Below, piece after piece: positions 62,701 to 64,000 of a stretch of DNA of 64,000 nucleotides; within the stretch, counting starts at the first letter, position 1, and the number at the start of each line of letters is the position of its first letter. Both the position numbers and the translations under genes were made by a program. The notes beneath the pieces are model-generated. The model was not told the origin of the DNA. It saw only the letters and a program-made list of their open reading frames with translations, and ran no database searches. This DNA is from a virus (lineage: Duplodnaviria; Heunggongvirae; Uroviricota; Caudoviricetes): IMG/VR virus record IMGVR_UViG_3300035696_000002; one strand, written 5' to 3'.

Positions 62701-62931
62701 GATCGTGTTCGTCGGGTCTTGCGACATGGTGACGAACGCCGGGGCGTTTGTCATAGTCCACGCGAGCGAGCCAGCAGCACCACTGGCCGTCAAGGTTCCC
62801 AATGTGCCAGCCAACAAGGAAGCCACACGCACGGCCAACCCCGTCGTGTTAGACGGAACCGGAGGTGCAGGTGCCAGAGGAAGCACCAAGTTGACCTGAT
62901 GTGTGAAATTCGCTGATAGCGACAGTGCCAT
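56713..62931 (-). CDS. Giant (2072 aa) Ig-repeat virion protein
   Basis: Multiple GG..PY.WS...LP.G..L...G.L.G.P repeats. Confidence 0.72.
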   Translation of the reverse strand: MALSLSANFTHQVNLVLPLAPAPPVPSNTTGLAVRVASLLAGTLGTLTASGAAGSLAWTMTNAPAFVTMSQDPTNTITTIAFAAAVPNPNPYEFWITVTDGVTTLNFPFLLEVKPPLSIQANASNPVVSGATLTVPSYDDTVQDIVIQGVGLAGQTPVPDVNFVLPSGGLGSFPGLNWVTSNENQLILRVADPRFTPTRDLAGGLKLYTTSPEQVTLTVAAYQPGAFYDQPNRAFVQPFTLQSLTAKQGTLDYGLGVFYDTVAGTLKFDAHNAVDVLQGLLQKNNAPVHLPFQFAWTPSAGLTLSSGGGAGNDFAYYSINSLNVSATVTLTIQDALANNLAVTTIGPFNVSNAGASWLGSNAIKVATSSTIVGGLPDFVQGYIGDVIPIVVSQESTTSPAFNPAENINLIFTVVPASGLEPAIPNPAPVTINTGSPTTTVHITIPPGAAIGEKWVLQIAANNGATRTGFAEVLIESNGSSPLLITTDGVPAHLPPVSIASNTGSVITPISLVAINNNPNSVNYHQPVANVTYELVGAPDGLFIQNTGGNFALVGNALQPGSYTFAIDASASGFARSYSANITLTVTTVAVPLQITSVSSSASLIPNNTPFNVLWSYSGGGNTDPHFTLTLAQQPTPTSFPSVAGTGSIVINQNGTCVYDIYGTSFYGTAYGIPIIVLSSSVAQGAQLLPAPTIGIIDQNNDLTVNWQPAQFGGAYNIYAGWNIQTTLLPAPPNVAQTIFKPSSPLNAGETVSARIFTETLTAGNFLLNMQAISNNHALALDSPYWDNPHQFPTALTATSVTLSATSLELGQPLTLTLSSNYSGADTWQVFWPDNTNTGALPLSSAVVGKVFNTPGPQNITVQVENDFSTATPPVKLRRTLVVPVFVVNQQYNPQAAAQGALTGTLGIGGQQLFEIVNATTGLAVPQPYEMIARTLVRDMQTNEIKELIATSRFSNASSLLGTMALDVFPLKGRPQAKELIDPYTLMPNPLSSSVPVSITTSTQNFPALIVGKPMPEFQLQAQGGNTPYLWSSNDLPAGVHLSTSGALTGTPLSLGVFSVNFAVQDSSVPFYVDETTISVVVQTDLLITTPVSGAGAPPNAQVGTQYQFQMSNTGGLAPYTWSIAAGAFPLGISINPNTGLLSGYPVTYNSTTDFTKKFTATVQVQDAIGAINTQTYTITLSAATLSFSPAVNQPSIFADNQFKLTIPIFGGQSPYTLLGFTETPPAVVGSGLAVVNPVQIEVVAGIVPPTLTILTPDQEIFPDPYPQSISVSLTASGGVPSNAGLPVGTGYKFFIDPTATSTLPGAIVYGDLLVGTPAADSDPANPFTAVVKCIDSAGHSTSKTLSIAVQQQAPPAASVPFIVLPSTINAVTPSNPATWLISPLPSGFPNAARNNAYSPGGANTYYAVVLYKNTLPTPTPVLSGVSLPGPDVTFECPFGPILAPYLGDLPPGMSAVSGNTIAGTGADAVVLLTGSPTGVASIDGGYSFETEFANITSPTATLVKAVSRQSIVVMEPPASGTTPVVVITSIEGIHIDLNTVVANSAGTYSWAFPLIAEGGTRVYTFNILSGSTLPGVVLTTVNGQPAFASATTITGSYNVIVTATDSGSTTSAPVTIPVQIGQSTTQPIHILDNTMPASLFANNPIPAQTYYVDSDLVANWTATGLPAGVTLSTAPGTRVYLQGTPTAAGVFTVNITATSVSFGTTATQSFPLTINAQTAQIIAPNAPPHSPGTAIVGTQYRVINNNVLLSVQYTGYQPTSPNLPTLFNTVVGNQIGAPGLLIGGQTSTGIRSVTPSGFIMDYDYIPTVSGTDSITLQYTNIGPILDSLTINDVYATLNAIGTTVSQTVSEYATTGTFPLPITVSGGNGSYVYNVSTSDARFTVINNNTASAQIQISVNAFTPGTTVSAQIAVTVSDTEGSPQMASASGTLTITIRQETYITVLYNNQTFPAPVITTPGVYSLVMPTNGVTVQLAHLPVTYNVTNITLPAGLLSSGVGQNVQILPSQRVIAFNSGSPATVFDVDGHLNSAGPFVVPTLANPTAGTYVIAVTYQVIDNNGITSSGTANVSVIIS

Positions 62932-62942
62932 TTTCTAGTCCC

Positions 62943-64000
62943 TTACGATAACTGCGTCACAATGCTTGAGGATACGTCAGCCTGAACACCATTTGTCCCG
63001 AGGGTTCCGAGGAACGGTGAAACACTGACAGTTCGTGCCAATACCGAGTTTGCTTGCAAAACGCATGACCCGGCAGTTTGAAAGTCCGCTGTAACAACAA
63101 TACTGGAATTAAGCTCTGCTTCTGCAATCACCATGGTTCCAGTGATGTTGATTTCCTGTGTCGTTGTCGGTGCGTGAGTCTGTAAGTTGATGGCAGACTG
63201 ACGCTCAGCGACAAAGAACGGCCCCGGTGCAGCCCCAGCCGGGCTCACTGCCAAAATGACGCCTGAGGCAGTAATCTCAGACTGAACTCCGACGTGGCCG
63301 ACGCCGCCCGTTGGCAGCGTGATCTGACCGCCATCCAGCACCACACCACAACCTTGCTGATAGGCTCCGGCCTGCACGTTGTTTATCCAGTTACAATTCA
63401 CATACTCGATATCAGAGTTGATACCCATGATCGTCGGGCTCGTGAAGCCTTGGAAGTTGATGTTGTTGAAAATCACACGGGTCGTGTCGCAGAAAAACGC
63501 CACGGTCGGCCCGTCGCCGAACCCGGCGAATCCAGTTGCGTCGATGAGAACATTGCCTGTAGTGCCGGGGGCCGTAGTAATAACCAAACGGCCTTCGTCC
63601 TGAATGACGCGGGACGCATTGCCGAGGCAGTAAACCTTGGACGTGACGATCTGTCCGTCGCCGAGGGCAACCGTATCAAGGTTGTTCTGCAACAGGTTCA
63701 AATTGAAACTCAGTCCAGTGTTGATAAGCTGAATGCTGCACGGGTGCCGGAGCACAGGCGGCAACAAGGCAAGAGCCGCTGGAATATTCTTCAGGGCCTC
63801 TGCTGGACTCAAACCACTCTGATCGTCATTACCGTTCTGATTGTCCACGTACAGGATGATCGGAGCGATTGTCGATTGCAAATTCTGCCCCAGCACAGTA
63901 CGCGGCGTCGGTGGGGCGATGGCGAAACCAATGTGCGGGATAGCCGTCGCGAAACCACGCTGGCCTGTGGTCAAGAACTGGACGATCTTACGGATGTCAC
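62943..64000 (-). CDS. Tail-fibre/beta-helix-like protein, C-terminal part (frame open past window end)
   Basis: LYVDNQNGNDDQSGLSPAEALKNIPAAL motif; no stop between 63974 and 64000. Confidence 0.6.
   Translation of the reverse strand, partial: DIRKIVQFLTTGQRGFATAIPHIGFAIAPPTPRTVLGQNLQSTIAPIILYVDNQNGNDDQSGLSPAEALKNIPAALALLPPVLRHPCSIQLINTGLSFNLNLLQNNLDTVALGDGQIVTSKVYCLGNASRVIQDEGRLVITTAPGTTGNVLIDATGFAGFGDGPTVAFFCDTTRVIFNNINFQGFTSPTIMGINSDIEYVNCNWINNVQAGAYQQGCGVVLDGGQITLPTGGVGHVGVQSEITASGVILAVSPAGAAPGPFFVAERQSAINLQTHAPTTTQEINITGTMVIAEAELNSSIVVTADFQTAGSCVLQANSVLARTVSVSPFLGTLGTNGVQADVSSSIVTQLS

Noticed and set aside
1-64000. Genome-wide TAG reassignment
   Set aside because: Long ORFs up to 2072 aa are uninterrupted in the standard code and TAG terminates UvrD at its expected end; only one convincing in-frame TAG was found

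Overview
This window is a 64-kb segment of a large, jumbo-type, contractile-tailed (myovirus-like) bacteriophage genome, with almost all genes on the minus strand. The two ends are virion genes: tail sheath start and neck proteins at 1-6.0 kb; baseplate wedge/J/gp25-like, Hint-domain and giant Ig-repeat proteins at 39-64 kb. The middle is accessory: NAD salvage (NAMPT plus NMNAT-Nudix), UvrD helicase, PP2C phosphatase, a GH16/GT2-synthase/coiled-coil exopolysaccharide-like operon, an LpxH-like/GT2 pair and a papain-like peptidase. The most unusual part is a translation-control island at 27.3-35.4 kb. (1) A tRNA operon (Ile x2, Thr x3, Gln x3) lies downstream of a sigma70 promoter, an unannotated 31-aa Thr/Gln/Ile-rich leader peptide and a terminator/antiterminator pair, i.e. 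an apparent ribosome-stalling attenuator sensing the same tRNAs it supplies. (2) A Pth2-like gene has an in-frame TAG at codon 3, upstream of three different amber-suppressor tRNAs, although the window shows no sign of TAG recoding. (3) An array of CCA-terminated tRNA-like RNAs lacks normal anticodons, including two covarying ~50-nt mini-tRNAs. (4) There is a circularly permuted two-piece tmRNA. All family assignments come from motifs read by eye; no searches were run.
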